The notes: a model not told the origin generated them from the letters alone. DNA of 64,000 nt from an uncultured Chitinophaga sp. (GCA_964581455.1 CAZOOT010000001.1:2807-66806), one strand, 5' to 3'. Shown: positions 39,241-49,720, counted from the first letter of the stretch. Numbers and translations are program-made.

Positions 39241-40404
39241 TCAATACTTTCTGAAACTCAATAAGAAATAAAGGGAAACCATAAAAGCAATAAATGCTGA
39301 AGCAATAAAAGTGAAGGAACTTCCGAACTGGCTCCAGATAAAACCTGCCAGAATACTGGCCATTAAACTGCATACACTCTGGCAGGATGTAAAAAAACCA
39401 ACGGCAGTAGCTGTATTTTTTTCATGGGCAAGGTTGGTGATCCATGCTTTGCTGATTCCTTCAGTAGCTGCTGCATAGATACCATAAATGAAGAAAAGTA
39501 TAAAAATGACAATGGTTGAAGGATGAAAAGCAAATCCGGCATATACAATTGTAAACATGATAAGTCCCATAATAAATACTTTCCTGATCCCGAATTTATC
39601 AGCCAGTGATCCGAAAGGATAGGAGGCTGCAGCATAAACAAGGTTATAAAAAATATAGGCTGCAATGGTGATGGTATCACTTCCGGTAACTTCCTTGGTG
39701 ATGAGTAACAGAAATACATCGGAGCTGTTGAAGAGTGCAAATAACAAAAGCCCTTTTACAATTTTTTTAAATTCAGGTCCGGCAATTTTCCAGTATTTAA
39801 AAAAGGAAAAGAAATTTCCTTTGGCCAAAGTAGATACCGGTTCTTTTTTTTCTTTTAAAAGAAAGATAAGCAGTACGGCTATAATTCCGGGAATGAAAGC
39901 GAGGTAAAAAAGAGTAGCATATTGAAAAGGGAAAAAATACAAAAATGTCAAAGCAACCAGTGGCCCGATAGCGGCACCCACTGTGTCCATACTGCGATGA
40001 AAACCAAAAACCCGGGCTTTGGTTTGTTTGGTGGCTTGTTTGGAAAGCATCGCATCCCTTGCTGCAGTCCGGAGTCCTTTTCCAAAACGGTCTACTGTTC
40101 TGGCAAAAAATATCCAGAGCGGAAACGTGAAAACTGCCATCATGGGTTTGCTGATGGTGCTGAGAAAATAACCGCTTTTAATAAAAGGTAAACGAACTCC
40201 TTTTTCATCACTCATTTTTCCAAAATATCCTTTGCTGATGCCTGCTGTGAATTCGGCAATTCCTTCAAGAATTCCAATCAGTAAAACGGAGAAACCTATT
40301 TCTTTTAAGTAAATCGGGATCACCGGGTAGATCATTTCACTGGCGATGTCGGCAAAAAGACTGACAACAGAGAGAATGACTACTGTGCGGTTGATAATTC
40401 GCAT
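39241..40404 (-). CDS. MFS transporter
   Basis: About 12 hydrophobic helices and an MFS loop motif (GKMSDEKGVRLPF; SLADKFGIRKV). Confidence 0.85.
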   Translation of the reverse strand: MRIINRTVVILSVVSLFADIASEMIYPVIPIYLKEIGFSVLLIGILEGIAEFTAGISKGYFGKMSDEKGVRLPFIKSGYFLSTISKPMMAVFTFPLWIFFARTVDRFGKGLRTAARDAMLSKQATKQTKARVFGFHRSMDTVGAAIGPLVALTFLYFFPFQYATLFYLAFIPGIIAVLLIFLLKEKKEPVSTLAKGNFFSFFKYWKIAGPEFKKIVKGLLLFALFNSSDVFLLLITKEVTGSDTITIAAYIFYNLVYAAASYPFGSLADKFGIRKVFIMGLIMFTIVYAGFAFHPSTIVIFILFFIYGIYAAATEGISKAWITNLAHEKNTATAVGFFTSCQSVCSLMASILAGFIWSQFGSSFTFIASAFIAFMVSLYFLLSFRKY

Positions 40405-40842
40405 AATTGAATTTGAAATTAATCATTTTGTTTCGAAGGTTTGAAAGGTTCATTTGGAGAATCCATCAGACAAAAGAACGTTGAAGAATCTATTGATTAA
40501 AATGGAACCTTTGCAGTGATGAAATGTATTGAGATGTTATATTTCTAAATACATACTGGCTATCCCCTCCAACGGAGGGGTGGCAGAGGCTACTTATAAA
40601 GAATAAACAATGGGGGTGGGTAAAAGATGATAAGAATTACAGAACCCTGAACGGAGCGTCGTGCCGAAGGCACTCCTTCGGAGCAACTGATGTCAAATAG
40701 AAATTCTTTAGTTGGTTCAAAAATGAATTTTCCAATTATCCGAAATGCTAAATCTGAAAATAAATTAACGTAGCATGATGTTTGCTTTGTTATTTCGGGT
40801 TATTTATACCAACTTTGCAACCATTAATTTCAATAAATAAGA

Positions 40843-41868
40843 ATGGGACTTTTTAACTGGTTTACGCAAGAAATTGCCATCGACTTGGGTACGGCCAATA
40901 CCCTGATTATACATAATGATGAAGTAGTGGTGAATGAACCTTCGATCGTAGCATTGAACCGCAATAATCCAAAGGAGGTGCTTGCTGTCGGGAAACGGGC
41001 ATTAATGATGCATGAGAAAACTCACGAAAGCATCCGAACGGTTCGTCCGCTGAGAGACGGTGTGATCGCTGATTTCAATGCTGCAGAGTTAATGATCAGG
41101 GAATTTATCAAAATGGTTTATCCCAAAAAACCCTGGTTTCCGCCAAGCTGGAGAATGATGATCTGTATTCCTTCTTCTATTACTGAAGTGGAGAAAAGAG
41201 CGGTTCGTGACAGTGCTGAACAAGCCGGAGCCAAAGAAGTATACCTGATACATGAACCTATGGCTGCTGCACTGGGTATAGGCATTGATGTGGAAGAGCC
41301 GGTAGGGAATATGATCATTGATATTGGAGGTGGTACTACGGGTATCACAGTGATTGCACTTGCCGGTATTGTTTGTGATCAAAGTATCCGGATTGCCGGC
41401 GATGAATTTACCGCAGATATTATGGAAGCACTTCGCCGTTACCACAGTTTGCTGATTGGTGAAAGAACTGCAGAACAAATAAAAATTCAGGTAGGTGCTG
41501 CAATGAAGGATCTTGACAATCCCCCGGATGATATTCCGGTAAATGGTCGTGACCTGGTAACGGGTATTCCAAAGCAGATCATGGTGAGCTACCAGGAAAT
41601 TGCAGAAGCTTTGGATAAAAGTGTATTTAAAATTGAAGAAGCAATACTAAAAGCTTTGGAACAAACACCTCCGGAACTGGCAGGTGATATTTATCGCAGA
41701 GGTTTATATCTGACCGGCGGTGGTGCTTTGCTTCGTGGACTGGACAAACGATTGGGTCAAAAGATAAAGTTGCCTGTACATATTGCCGATGATCCGTTGA
41801 AGAGTGTGGTGCGTGGTACCGGTATTGCGCTGAAACATTATGACAGGTTTCCATTTGTGATGCGTTAA
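40843..41868 (+). CDS. mreB: Rod shape-determining protein MreB
   Basis: IAIDLGTANTLI, PLRDGVIADF, IDIGGGTT and LTGGGALLRGLD are actin-like ATPase motifs. Confidence 0.95.
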   Translation: MGLFNWFTQEIAIDLGTANTLIIHNDEVVVNEPSIVALNRNNPKEVLAVGKRALMMHEKTHESIRTVRPLRDGVIADFNAAELMIREFIKMVYPKKPWFPPSWRMMICIPSSITEVEKRAVRDSAEQAGAKEVYLIHEPMAAALGIGIDVEEPVGNMIIDIGGGTTGITVIALAGIVCDQSIRIAGDEFTADIMEALRRYHSLLIGERTAEQIKIQVGAAMKDLDNPPDDIPVNGRDLVTGIPKQIMVSYQEIAEALDKSVFKIEEAILKALEQTPPELAGDIYRRGLYLTGGGALLRGLDKRLGQKIKLPVHIADDPLKSVVRGTGIALKHYDRFPFVMR

Positions 41869-41927
41869 AAAGAAGTCTGGGGACGGAAGTATGAAATCCG
41901 ACTTCTGGCTTCTGACTTCAGATCTCT

Positions 41928-42806
41928 ATGCGTAACGTCTTCCTTTTTATACGCCGATATTTTACTTTCATCAGTTTTCTACTGTTGCAGTTTGTGGCAT
42001 TGTCTATGTTGTTTCGGTATAATAAATTTCACCGTGCTGTATTTTTTGGCAAGGCAAATGAAATAACAGGTTATATTAATACCCGCTTTGATAAAGTAGA
42101 TGAGTATTTTCATTTAAAGGAGGAGAATCTGAAAGTTCATCGGATGAATGATTCTCTTTTAAATCTTCTTCCCAACAATTTTTTAAAATCAGATACAGGA
42201 ATCTTGATCCTGAAAGACTCTATCAGCTTCGATAGTTCAGGATACATCAGAAGATACTTTGCCCGTGAGGCAAAAGTGGTGAGTAACTCAATCATCAGTC
42301 AAAAAAATTATTTTCAGATCAACCGCGGATCAAAACACGGTATAAAAGATAATATGTCTGTCATCAATTCCGATGGAAGTGTAGCAGGACAGATTGTAGG
42401 AGTAAGTGAGAATTTCAGCCAGGCCATGAGCCTTTTGCATGTGCAGAGTAAGGTAAATGCAATGATGAAAAGAAGCAGAAGTAATGGAAGAATAGAGTGG
42501 GATGGCAAAAATCCCCTGTTCCTGATTTTACGGGATATACCAAAAAGTGATTCCGTGGTGATTGGTGACACCGTGCTTACCGGTATCTATTCCTATAATT
42601 TTCCTCCGGGTTGGACCATTGGTACCGTTGCTGAGATCGTTGATGACAAGAGCACAAATTTTTATGTATTAAAATTAAGAACGGCAACAAATTTTCAAAA
42701 TATGCAACAGGTATTTGTGATTGAAAACATGCAACGTGAAGAGCAGATAAATCTGGATAAAGCCACGCAGAAAAAAATTGATGAGATACAAAAGAAGAAA
42801 TCATGA
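41928..42806 (+). CDS. mreC: Rod shape-determining protein MreC
   Basis: Position after mreB, an N-terminal TM helix, a coiled-coil region and the C-terminal beta-domain (GDTVLTGIYSYNFPPGWTIGTV). Confidence 0.85.
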   Translation: MRNVFLFIRRYFTFISFLLLQFVALSMLFRYNKFHRAVFFGKANEITGYINTRFDKVDEYFHLKEENLKVHRMNDSLLNLLPNNFLKSDTGILILKDSISFDSSGYIRRYFAREAKVVSNSIISQKNYFQINRGSKHGIKDNMSVINSDGSVAGQIVGVSENFSQAMSLLHVQSKVNAMMKRSRSNGRIEWDGKNPLFLILRDIPKSDSVVIGDTVLTGIYSYNFPPGWTIGTVAEIVDDKSTNFYVLKLRTATNFQNMQQVFVIENMQREEQINLDKATQKKIDEIQKKKS

Positions 42807-43336
42807 GTGACCTTATCAGAAATATTTTAAGGTTTTTCCTTTTCATAGGATTACAGGTCTATGTACTGGATAACATCCCGCCACTGCACCGGTTTATAGT
42901 CCCGGTTATTTATTTTTTATTCATTTTATGGCTCCCGTTTTCTGTTTCCAGATTCTGGTTATTGGTAATTGGCTTTTTTACCGGCTTGTCTCTTGATTAT
43001 TTTACAAGTTCACCAGGCCTTCATGCAGCTGCCTGTTTGCTGATCGCATACATTCGTCCATTCCTTGTCAATGTACTTACACCTAAGGATCTCTCAGAAT
43101 TCAATTACCGGGAACCTTCAGCAAGGGCCATGGGTTGGGCGCCTTATTCGGTCTATGTATTTGTACTTACTTTTTTACATCACGGTTACCTTGTGTTTCT
43201 GGAGTGGCTTGAGTTTGGAAGTTTTCTTGATTTTGTTATTAAAGTTATAGCTACTACAGGGATCAGTATGTTGATGATCCTGACGGCTGAAGTTTTGTTT
43301 CCAAGGAAACTTAAATTTCGCACAAATACAGCCTGA
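42803..43336 (+). CDS. mreD: Rod shape-determining protein MreD
   Basis: It overlaps the mreC stop by 4 nt and encodes a 177-aa polytopic membrane protein at the canonical mreBCD position. Confidence 0.75.
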   Translation: MSDLIRNILRFFLFIGLQVYVLDNIPPLHRFIVPVIYFLFILWLPFSVSRFWLLVIGFFTGLSLDYFTSSPGLHAAACLLIAYIRPFLVNVLTPKDLSEFNYREPSARAMGWAPYSVYVFVLTFLHHGYLVFLEWLEFGSFLDFVIKVIATTGISMLMILTAEVLFPRKLKFRTNTA

Positions 43337-43493
43337 TATTTTTCATACATTTTCAGGTGGAAATTTTAAAAACCATTTTTTGATTATTAAAATCTGTGAA
43401 AGAAAATTAAAAGATGATTTGTTCATTTTTATTACAAGTACTAAGTTGTAATTTGTGCCTTTACTTATAACATTTCATATCCTTTACTGATCT

Positions 43494-45581
43494 ATGCCTG
43501 TGTTTAACCAATCAAGAAGCCGTATCATCAAGCTTATTTTCCTGGTTGCCTTTTTTGCAATATTGGCACAGCTGTTCAACCTTCAGATAGTTTCTAATAA
43601 ATACAGGAAACTGGCAATGGATAATGCCATTTATCCTAAAATTATTTATCCTGAAAGAGGAATAATCTATGATCGGAAAGGCAGAGCCATTTTGAACAAT
43701 GCCTATATGTATGACCTGATGGTAACACCAGCAGAAGTAAAAGGAATTGATACGCTGGAGTTTTGCAGAATGATGGGCATTGACGAACCGGAATTTAAGA
43801 AAAGGATAGTAGATGCCATCATAAAAAACACCTCTGTCCGCCCATCTATTTTTGATGATTTGCTGACACCGGAATTACAAGCAAGATTTGAGGAAAACAG
43901 CTGGAAATTCCCCGGATTTGTTTTGGTACAACGGCCGGTTCGTGTTTATCCGTTCAATTCTGCTGCACATATCATGGGCTATATTTCTGAAGTGAACCAA
44001 AAGCAAATTACACAATCCGGAAATTATTACCGGATGGGTGATTATATCGGGCAAAGCGGACTCGAATCTTATTATGAAAAAGTATTGATGGGTCAACGTG
44101 GTGTTCAGTATCTCATCAAGGATAATAAAAACAGGTTAGTTGGCTCTTTTGAAAATGGTTTGTTTGACACCTCTGCCATTGCTGGCCGTGGCATTAAGAC
44201 CTATATAGATATAGAACTACAACAACTCGCCGAAAAATTAATGACAAACAAAGTGGGAGCTGTAGTAGCACTTGATCCAAAAACAGGCGGCATCCTTTCT
44301 ATGGTTTCCGGCCCCAACTTTAATCCGAATGATCTGACAGGTCCTGATAAAAGTAAGAACTATGCAAAATTGGTACTGGATGTTTCCGCCCCATTACTAA
44401 ACAGGGCAATAAAAGGATTATATCCTCCGGGATCTACTTTCAAACCTATTGGTGCTTTGGTGGCATTAGATGAAGGTGTAATCAATGCGGGGTTCGGGTT
44501 TCCATGTATGGGTAGATATAATGGTTGTGGAATAGGTAAACCAGCCTGTACACATGCCGGGGGAGGGCACGCAGCCAATCTTCGATTATCAATTGCAAAC
44601 TCCTGTAACGCATATTATTCACATATATTCAGAATGACTGTCGATAATCCAAGGTTTAAAAATGTAAAAGAAGGATATCAGAAGTGGCATGACTATATGA
44701 ATTCATTTGGTTTGGGTGTCCGGTCCGGAATTGATTTACCAAGTGAGGACAAGGGAAATATTCCCGATACAGCCAGGTATAACAGAGAGTATAGAAACCA
44801 ATGGAATTCATGCACCAATCTTACTTTAGGAATAGGACAGGACATGATGCTGACCACACCTCTTCAGTTAGCCAACGCTATGGCATTAATTGCAAATAAA
44901 GGCTATTACTACACTCCGCACTTTGTAGAAAAAATAGAAAACGAAACAATAACTGACACTTCTTTTTTAAGCAGATACAGAATTAAACATGAAGTACTAA
45001 CGCAAATTCCTGATACGGCCTACCAGTCAGTAATCAGAGGTATGAATGACGTGGTAGAACATGGTACAGCAAGGATTGCAAAAATTCCGGGAATTAATGT
45101 TTGTGCTAAAACAGGTACTGCACAGGTCTTTCGTATTCTTGATAAAAAAAGAGTTGAATTACCTAACAATTCCATGTTTGTAGCTTTTGCCCCAATGGAA
45201 AATCCAAGAATTGCAATTGCCGTAGTTGTGGAAAATGCAGGTTATGGAGCTACATGGGCAGGGCCTATTGCCAGGATACTGATGGAAAAATACCTGAACG
45301 ATACGATTCAGGAAAAAAGCAAGGCAGATGTAGAGAGAATTGCAAACACGAATAAAATGCCAACATGGTTAACTAGGGAGCAATACAAAGCAGATTCTGT
45401 AAGGGCATTTGAATGGTTTAAAATGACCAGGGATAGTGTCTATATACAAAAATATGTTTTTGAAAATTCACCTGTTCCGTCTTTTCCTGACGATCAAAAT
45501 AAGAAATTGAAGAAAGAAAGCTTTGCTATTCTGAATTTCAAAAAGTATTTGCTTAAGAAAAAAGGAGTACAGGAAGTATGA
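43494..45581 (+). CDS. mrdA: Penicillin-binding protein 2 (elongasome transpeptidase)
   Basis: The transpeptidase motifs STFK (PGSTFKP), SCN (ANSCNAYY) and KTG (AKTGTAQ), plus an N-terminal TM anchor and the PBP dimerisation domain. Confidence 0.9.
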   Translation: MPVFNQSRSRIIKLIFLVAFFAILAQLFNLQIVSNKYRKLAMDNAIYPKIIYPERGIIYDRKGRAILNNAYMYDLMVTPAEVKGIDTLEFCRMMGIDEPEFKKRIVDAIIKNTSVRPSIFDDLLTPELQARFEENSWKFPGFVLVQRPVRVYPFNSAAHIMGYISEVNQKQITQSGNYYRMGDYIGQSGLESYYEKVLMGQRGVQYLIKDNKNRLVGSFENGLFDTSAIAGRGIKTYIDIELQQLAEKLMTNKVGAVVALDPKTGGILSMVSGPNFNPNDLTGPDKSKNYAKLVLDVSAPLLNRAIKGLYPPGSTFKPIGALVALDEGVINAGFGFPCMGRYNGCGIGKPACTHAGGGHAANLRLSIANSCNAYYSHIFRMTVDNPRFKNVKEGYQKWHDYMNSFGLGVRSGIDLPSEDKGNIPDTARYNREYRNQWNSCTNLTLGIGQDMMLTTPLQLANAMALIANKGYYYTPHFVEKIENETITDTSFLSRYRIKHEVLTQIPDTAYQSVIRGMNDVVEHGTARIAKIPGINVCAKTGTAQVFRILDKKRVELPNNSMFVAFAPMENPRIAIAVVVENAGYGATWAGPIARILMEKYLNDTIQEKSKADVERIANTNKMPTWLTREQYKADSVRAFEWFKMTRDSVYIQKYVFENSPVPSFPDDQNKKLKKESFAILNFKKYLLKKKGVQEV

Positions 45582-46912
45582 ACCAGCGGAACCCTGTCAT
45601 ATCAAAAGGAATTGACTGGAGCCTTGTTTGGCTTTGGGTCTTACTTTCCCTGGTTGGAATGATTGCCATCTTTGGTGCAACATATCATGAAGGGGATAAT
45701 ATCATTCAAACATTACTTGGTTTTAAAACGGATTACAGCAAACAGTTTTATTTCTTTATTGTTTCCGGGCTGATTGGGATGTTTATATTACTTACAGACA
45801 GTAAGTTTTTTGCTGCTACAGCCAATATCTGGTATGCCTTTGGGGTTTTACTTTTAATATTGGTATTCCCATTAGGGTCCAGTGTAAGAGGAACAGATTC
45901 TATTATTCGAATTGGAGGCTTTCAATTTCAGCCTGCGGAGTTTTGTAAGATCTGTGTTTGCCTTGCTTTGGCAAAATATCTTTCAAGGCCAGATACAGAT
46001 TTCAGCAAAACAAAATCACAATTTATTGCTACAGGCATTGCATTATTGCCGGCCGTCTTCAGCATTTTGCAGAGCGAAACCGGATTGGCGCTGGTTTATC
46101 TTTCATTTTTTATTGTAATGTACCGGGAAGGATTGCCATCCAGTGTTCTTATTATAGGGTTTTCAGTTGCATTTTTAGTGATTTCAACACTCCTGATTCC
46201 CAATGGTATTTTGGTTTTAATATTGACAATTGTAGCAGCTTTGGTAGCCATAGCCTTTCGCAGGCAGATCAAAAGAAGATTTTCATTACTGATAAAAATT
46301 ACACTGATCTGGCTGATCACCTGTTCTTTTGTTTACATAGGAGTACCCCAGTTTTTCAAGCATATTTTAAGGCCACACCAGGTGGAAAGAATTTTTAGTA
46401 CAATCGGGAAGGATGTTCCTGATGAGTACAGGGTAAAAACACTGGAAGAGATTACGCTTTCAAGAAAAAAAGATGTAGACTATAATGTAAAGCAATCTAA
46501 AATAGCAATCGGGAGCGGAGGATTAGCGGGCAGGGGATTATTGAAAGGAACACAAACCAGGTTTGATTTTGTACCCGAACAAAGAACTGATTTTATTTTT
46601 TGTACAATCGGTGAGGGATTTGGTTTTATCGGCAGTACTGTTTTACTTGGTTTATACCTGATCATCCTTTTAAGAATTATTACTATAGCGGAAAGGCAAC
46701 GAAGCGTATTTAGCAGATGCTATGCTTATGGCGTGGGAGCAGTTTTCTTTTTTCATATCGCGATTAATCTTGCAATGACAATTGGCCTTGCTCCTGTAAT
46801 TGGCATTCCACTTCCATTTGTAAGTTATGGCGGCACTTCCCTGCTTACTAATACAATTCTGTTGTTTATACTTATAAGACTGGATGCAGACCGGCAAATG
46901 GTTTTACGCTAG
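45578..46912 (+). CDS. rodA: Rod shape-determining protein RodA (SEDS family)
   Basis: It overlaps the mrdA stop by 4 nt. SEDS motifs FQPAEFCKI, PEQRTDFIF and PLPFVSYGGTS are present. Confidence 0.9.
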   Translation: MNQRNPVISKGIDWSLVWLWVLLSLVGMIAIFGATYHEGDNIIQTLLGFKTDYSKQFYFFIVSGLIGMFILLTDSKFFAATANIWYAFGVLLLILVFPLGSSVRGTDSIIRIGGFQFQPAEFCKICVCLALAKYLSRPDTDFSKTKSQFIATGIALLPAVFSILQSETGLALVYLSFFIVMYREGLPSSVLIIGFSVAFLVISTLLIPNGILVLILTIVAALVAIAFRRQIKRRFSLLIKITLIWLITCSFVYIGVPQFFKHILRPHQVERIFSTIGKDVPDEYRVKTLEEITLSRKKDVDYNVKQSKIAIGSGGLAGRGLLKGTQTRFDFVPEQRTDFIFCTIGEGFGFIGSTVLLGLYLIILLRIITIAERQRSVFSRCYAYGVGAVFFFHIAINLAMTIGLAPVIGIPLPFVSYGGTSLLTNTILLFILIRLDADRQMVLR

Positions 46913-46958
46913 AAATTAATACAGTATTTGGAGTTTGTGATTTGTAATTTTGAAACCT

Positions 46959-47699
46959 ATGAAGATTATCCCACTTAGTGAAGGCGTTTTTACAGTTGAT
47001 CAGACAAAACAATTTGTTCCTTTTGACGAAACACAGCATAATTTACAATCCCGGCCGGTTGGAAGTCTCCTGGTGGAGATACAGCCATTTCTTATCATAA
47101 CTTCAAATGACATAATTCTGCTTGATACAGGTTTAGGATTCAGTAAAAACGGGAAACTGCAAATACATGCTAATCTTACGGAAGCAGGATTCAATCCGGC
47201 TGATATCAGCAAAGTTTTGGTTTCACATTTGCACAAAGATCATTCAGGAGCTATTGCGTATGGTGCAAACCATGATGTACTGAGCTTTCCGAATGCAAAG
47301 TATTATGTTCAGGAGAGAGAATTAAATTTTGCTTTCGAAAAAGGGTCTCCTTCTTTCAGGCCAAATGAGCTTGAGATTTTAAAAAATGCTTCACAGCTGG
47401 AGCTCTTGAAGGAAGATGAGGGGGTGATCAGTGAATTTATTCATTACAAAATAACCGGTGCACATTCTCCTAATCACCAGGTCTTTTGGATAAAGGACAA
47501 TAATGAAATAGTTTTTTTTGGAGGAGATGATGCTCCCCAATTACAGCAAATGAAGCATCGTTTTATTGCTAAATATGATTTTAACGGAAGAAAAGCCATG
47601 GAGCTTAGAAAAGAATGGTGGGAAAAAGGTCAAAAAGAAAAGTGGAAATTTTTATTTTACCACGATATAAAAACACCGGTTTACATACATGAATTTTAA
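46959..47699 (+). CDS. MBL-fold metallo-hydrolase
   Basis: HxHxDH motif in SHLHKDHSGA and a downstream H/D ligand pattern. I prefer the ATG at 46959 to the TTG at 46950. Confidence 0.8.
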   Translation: MKIIPLSEGVFTVDQTKQFVPFDETQHNLQSRPVGSLLVEIQPFLIITSNDIILLDTGLGFSKNGKLQIHANLTEAGFNPADISKVLVSHLHKDHSGAIAYGANHDVLSFPNAKYYVQERELNFAFEKGSPSFRPNELEILKNASQLELLKEDEGVISEFIHYKITGAHSPNHQVFWIKDNNEIVFFGGDDAPQLQQMKHRFIAKYDFNGRKAMELRKEWWEKGQKEKWKFLFYHDIKTPVYIHEF

Positions 47700-47708
47700 A
47701 ATAAAAAT

Positions 47709-47730
47709 GCCGGTTTATATTTAAACCGGC
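47709..47730. terminator. Bidirectional-type terminator hairpin between convergent genes
   Basis: 9-bp stem GCCGGTTTA/TAAACCGGC with loop TATT. An A tract lies on the left, which gives a T tract for the minus-strand ECF operon. Confidence 0.55.
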
Positions 47731-47767
47731 ACTTGTCAAGCTATTGTGATAAATATGTTTTTTGTAG

Positions 47768-48181
47768 TTAATGATTAAGGGCTTCAAACCGTTTATTGGG
47801 CCGGTCATCTCTTCTGGTCTTAATTTGTTCTTCTCTCATTCTTTTCAACTGATCAATGAAGACATCCTGTTGTTTGTAAACTTCAGAGCTTCTTTTTTCG
47901 CCAACAATTTCACGGAATTCAGTACGGTAACGGATCTTTAATTCAACAATTTTTTGCTGGCGGATCAAATTGTCTTTGTTTTCTTTTAGGGCATGCCTCC
48001 ATTCAGTGAAGTAACGGACAAAAACGGGACTAAAACGTTCAGCTTCATTTCTGGAAAGATTCATTCTTTTTTGAATGAACTCTCTCATTTTATCACGGAT
48101 TTTATCATTGTCATCGTCCTGTGCCTGGGAGGCATAGCCGGAAAACAAAGCAAGAGTTATTATGAGTAAAATCTTTTTCAT
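47768..48181 (-). CDS. Secreted helical hypothetical protein, third gene of the ECF sigma operon
   Basis: Signal peptide MKKILLIITLALFSGYASQAQ. The mature part is charged and helical. It lies 7 nt after the upstream gene. Confidence 0.5.
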   Translation of the reverse strand: MKKILLIITLALFSGYASQAQDDDNDKIRDKMREFIQKRMNLSRNEAERFSPVFVRYFTEWRHALKENKDNLIRQQKIVELKIRYRTEFREIVGEKRSSEVYKQQDVFIDQLKRMREEQIKTRRDDRPNKRFEALNH

Positions 48182-48188
48182 TTCTTTC

Positions 48189-48962
48189 TTAATTCAAAAA
48201 AATATCTTCTGCATCATTGGACTCCAAAGCTACAGCATCGTTTAAAAATTCCTGGATCTCTTTTTCTGAAACATCCTTCATCAGGTTTTTGATTTCGTCT
48301 GTTTTTATGTTTTCGGATAAGTTATTATTGCTTTCATTTCCTTTTGTCAGTGCAACAAAATCAGCTAACTGTTCATTCGGTATAGTCTTATTGACATTCT
48401 TCTTCATCCAGGCCTGCGGATTTATATTGGGATCTATTTGTTTTGGATTAATAAAAAGTAAACCTCCAATTGCAACAACAGCAAGAATGACAGCAGCAAC
48501 TGCAAACCGATACCACTTACGACTGGTAATTGAAATTACTTTTGCCACCTCATTACTTTTTGTTACCGTATTCAGGTTATCAAAATAGCCGGCAGGAACG
48601 CTGTATGGAGATTTTTTTCTGATACCACTTAGCAATGGAGATAAAGAAGAAATTTCTTCATCGCTTGTCAGGTAATCAGCATGCTCACGAATGCCCTGCA
48701 TCAATTGTTCACTTAGGTTATCAAAATAACCTTCCGGAACAGTAAATAGATTTTCTTTTGAAATGCCAATAATAGCAGGTGCAAGAATTTTCAATTCTTT
48801 TTCAGCAGAAGATGCTTCTAAAGCTTTTATCCGATTCAGGACTTGATCAGCCAATCCTTCAAAATAACCTTCAGGTAATTGATAAAGATTTTGCGTGCTG
48901 ATATTGGCTAAATCACTTTCTAAGTCTTGTAGTTCATTCAATATGGTAGATCTTCCTGACAT
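48189..48962 (-). CDS. Single-pass membrane protein, putative anti-sigma factor partner of the ECF sigma
   Basis: It directly follows the ECF sigma gene. One TM helix (WYRFAVAAVILAVVAIGGLLFI) and three N-terminal P(E/A)GYF(E/D)xL repeats. Confidence 0.5.
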   Translation of the reverse strand: MSGRSTILNELQDLESDLANISTQNLYQLPEGYFEGLADQVLNRIKALEASSAEKELKILAPAIIGISKENLFTVPEGYFDNLSEQLMQGIREHADYLTSDEEISSLSPLLSGIRKKSPYSVPAGYFDNLNTVTKSNEVAKVISITSRKWYRFAVAAVILAVVAIGGLLFINPKQIDPNINPQAWMKKNVNKTIPNEQLADFVALTKGNESNNNLSENIKTDEIKNLMKDVSEKEIQEFLNDAVALESNDAEDIFLN

Positions 48963-48998
48963 TTTAACTATTCTGAGACAATATTTAAAGGTATAAGT

Positions 48999-49553
48999 TT
49001 AATGATTTTTAATGTATTCTTCAATTTTCTTGACGGCATGGTGATAGCTGGCTTTGAGAGCTCCCTCACTGGTTTCCAGCACCTTGCTCATTTTTTCATA
49101 TGGCATTTCATCATAATATCTTAATTGGAATACAAGTTTTTGCTTATCAGGTAGTTGTTGAATACCTAATTGCAATTTCCACTCCAGTTTATTGCCATCA
49201 AAGTGACTATCCGCCCGGATCTTGTTTTCCATACCGGTTTCTTCATTACTTATAGAAATGGATGATCTTTTCTTTTGCTGCTCTAAAAATGTAAGACATT
49301 CATTGGTCGCAACCCTATAAAGCCAGGTATAAAGCTGACTATCTTCACGAAAATTTTCCAAGCCATTCCAAACACGGATAAGTACATTCTGAAGTACATC
49401 ATTTGCATCTTCATGGTCAATAACCATTCGCCGTAAATGCCAATAAAGCTTTTCCTGGTATTTTTTTATAATGGCGGTAAATGCTTTTTCTTTCGTAATA
49501 GGGTTTCGGAATTCTACGAGTAGTTCAGCATCGCTTGTTGTTGTCAGGGCCAT
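48999..49553 (-). CDS. ECF RNA polymerase sigma-70 factor
   Basis: Region 2 (DANDVLQNVLIRVWNGL...YTWLYRVATNECL) and the region 4 helix-turn-helix (YYDEMPYEKMSKVLETSEGALKASYHHAVKKI). Confidence 0.9.
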   Translation of the reverse strand: MALTTTSDAELLVEFRNPITKEKAFTAIIKKYQEKLYWHLRRMVIDHEDANDVLQNVLIRVWNGLENFREDSQLYTWLYRVATNECLTFLEQQKKRSSISISNEETGMENKIRADSHFDGNKLEWKLQLGIQQLPDKQKLVFQLRYYDEMPYEKMSKVLETSEGALKASYHHAVKKIEEYIKNH

Positions 49554-49720
49554 GGGTTCGGTCTTTTGAAAGTTTTAGAATATTGGAAAGCTGTGGCGTT
49601 TAATTTACCCTTATAAAAATAGTTTTTTTTATTGGCTTATTACATCTTTTAATATTTGAATTGAACTCTTTCGTCTAAGGATCAGGCGATAGAATGAAAA
49701 TGAGTAGAATTACTTTTATT

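Noticed and set aside
40561-40690. SRP (4.5S) or 6S RNA upstream of mreB.
   Set aside because: There is no conserved SRP domain IV motif (GGAAGCAGCC-type) and no extended 6S-like central bubble architecture.
45912-46398. Alternative-frame ORFs of 146 and 68 aa within rodA.
   Set aside because: They are on the same strand as rodA but out of frame, and rodA carries SEDS motifs throughout.
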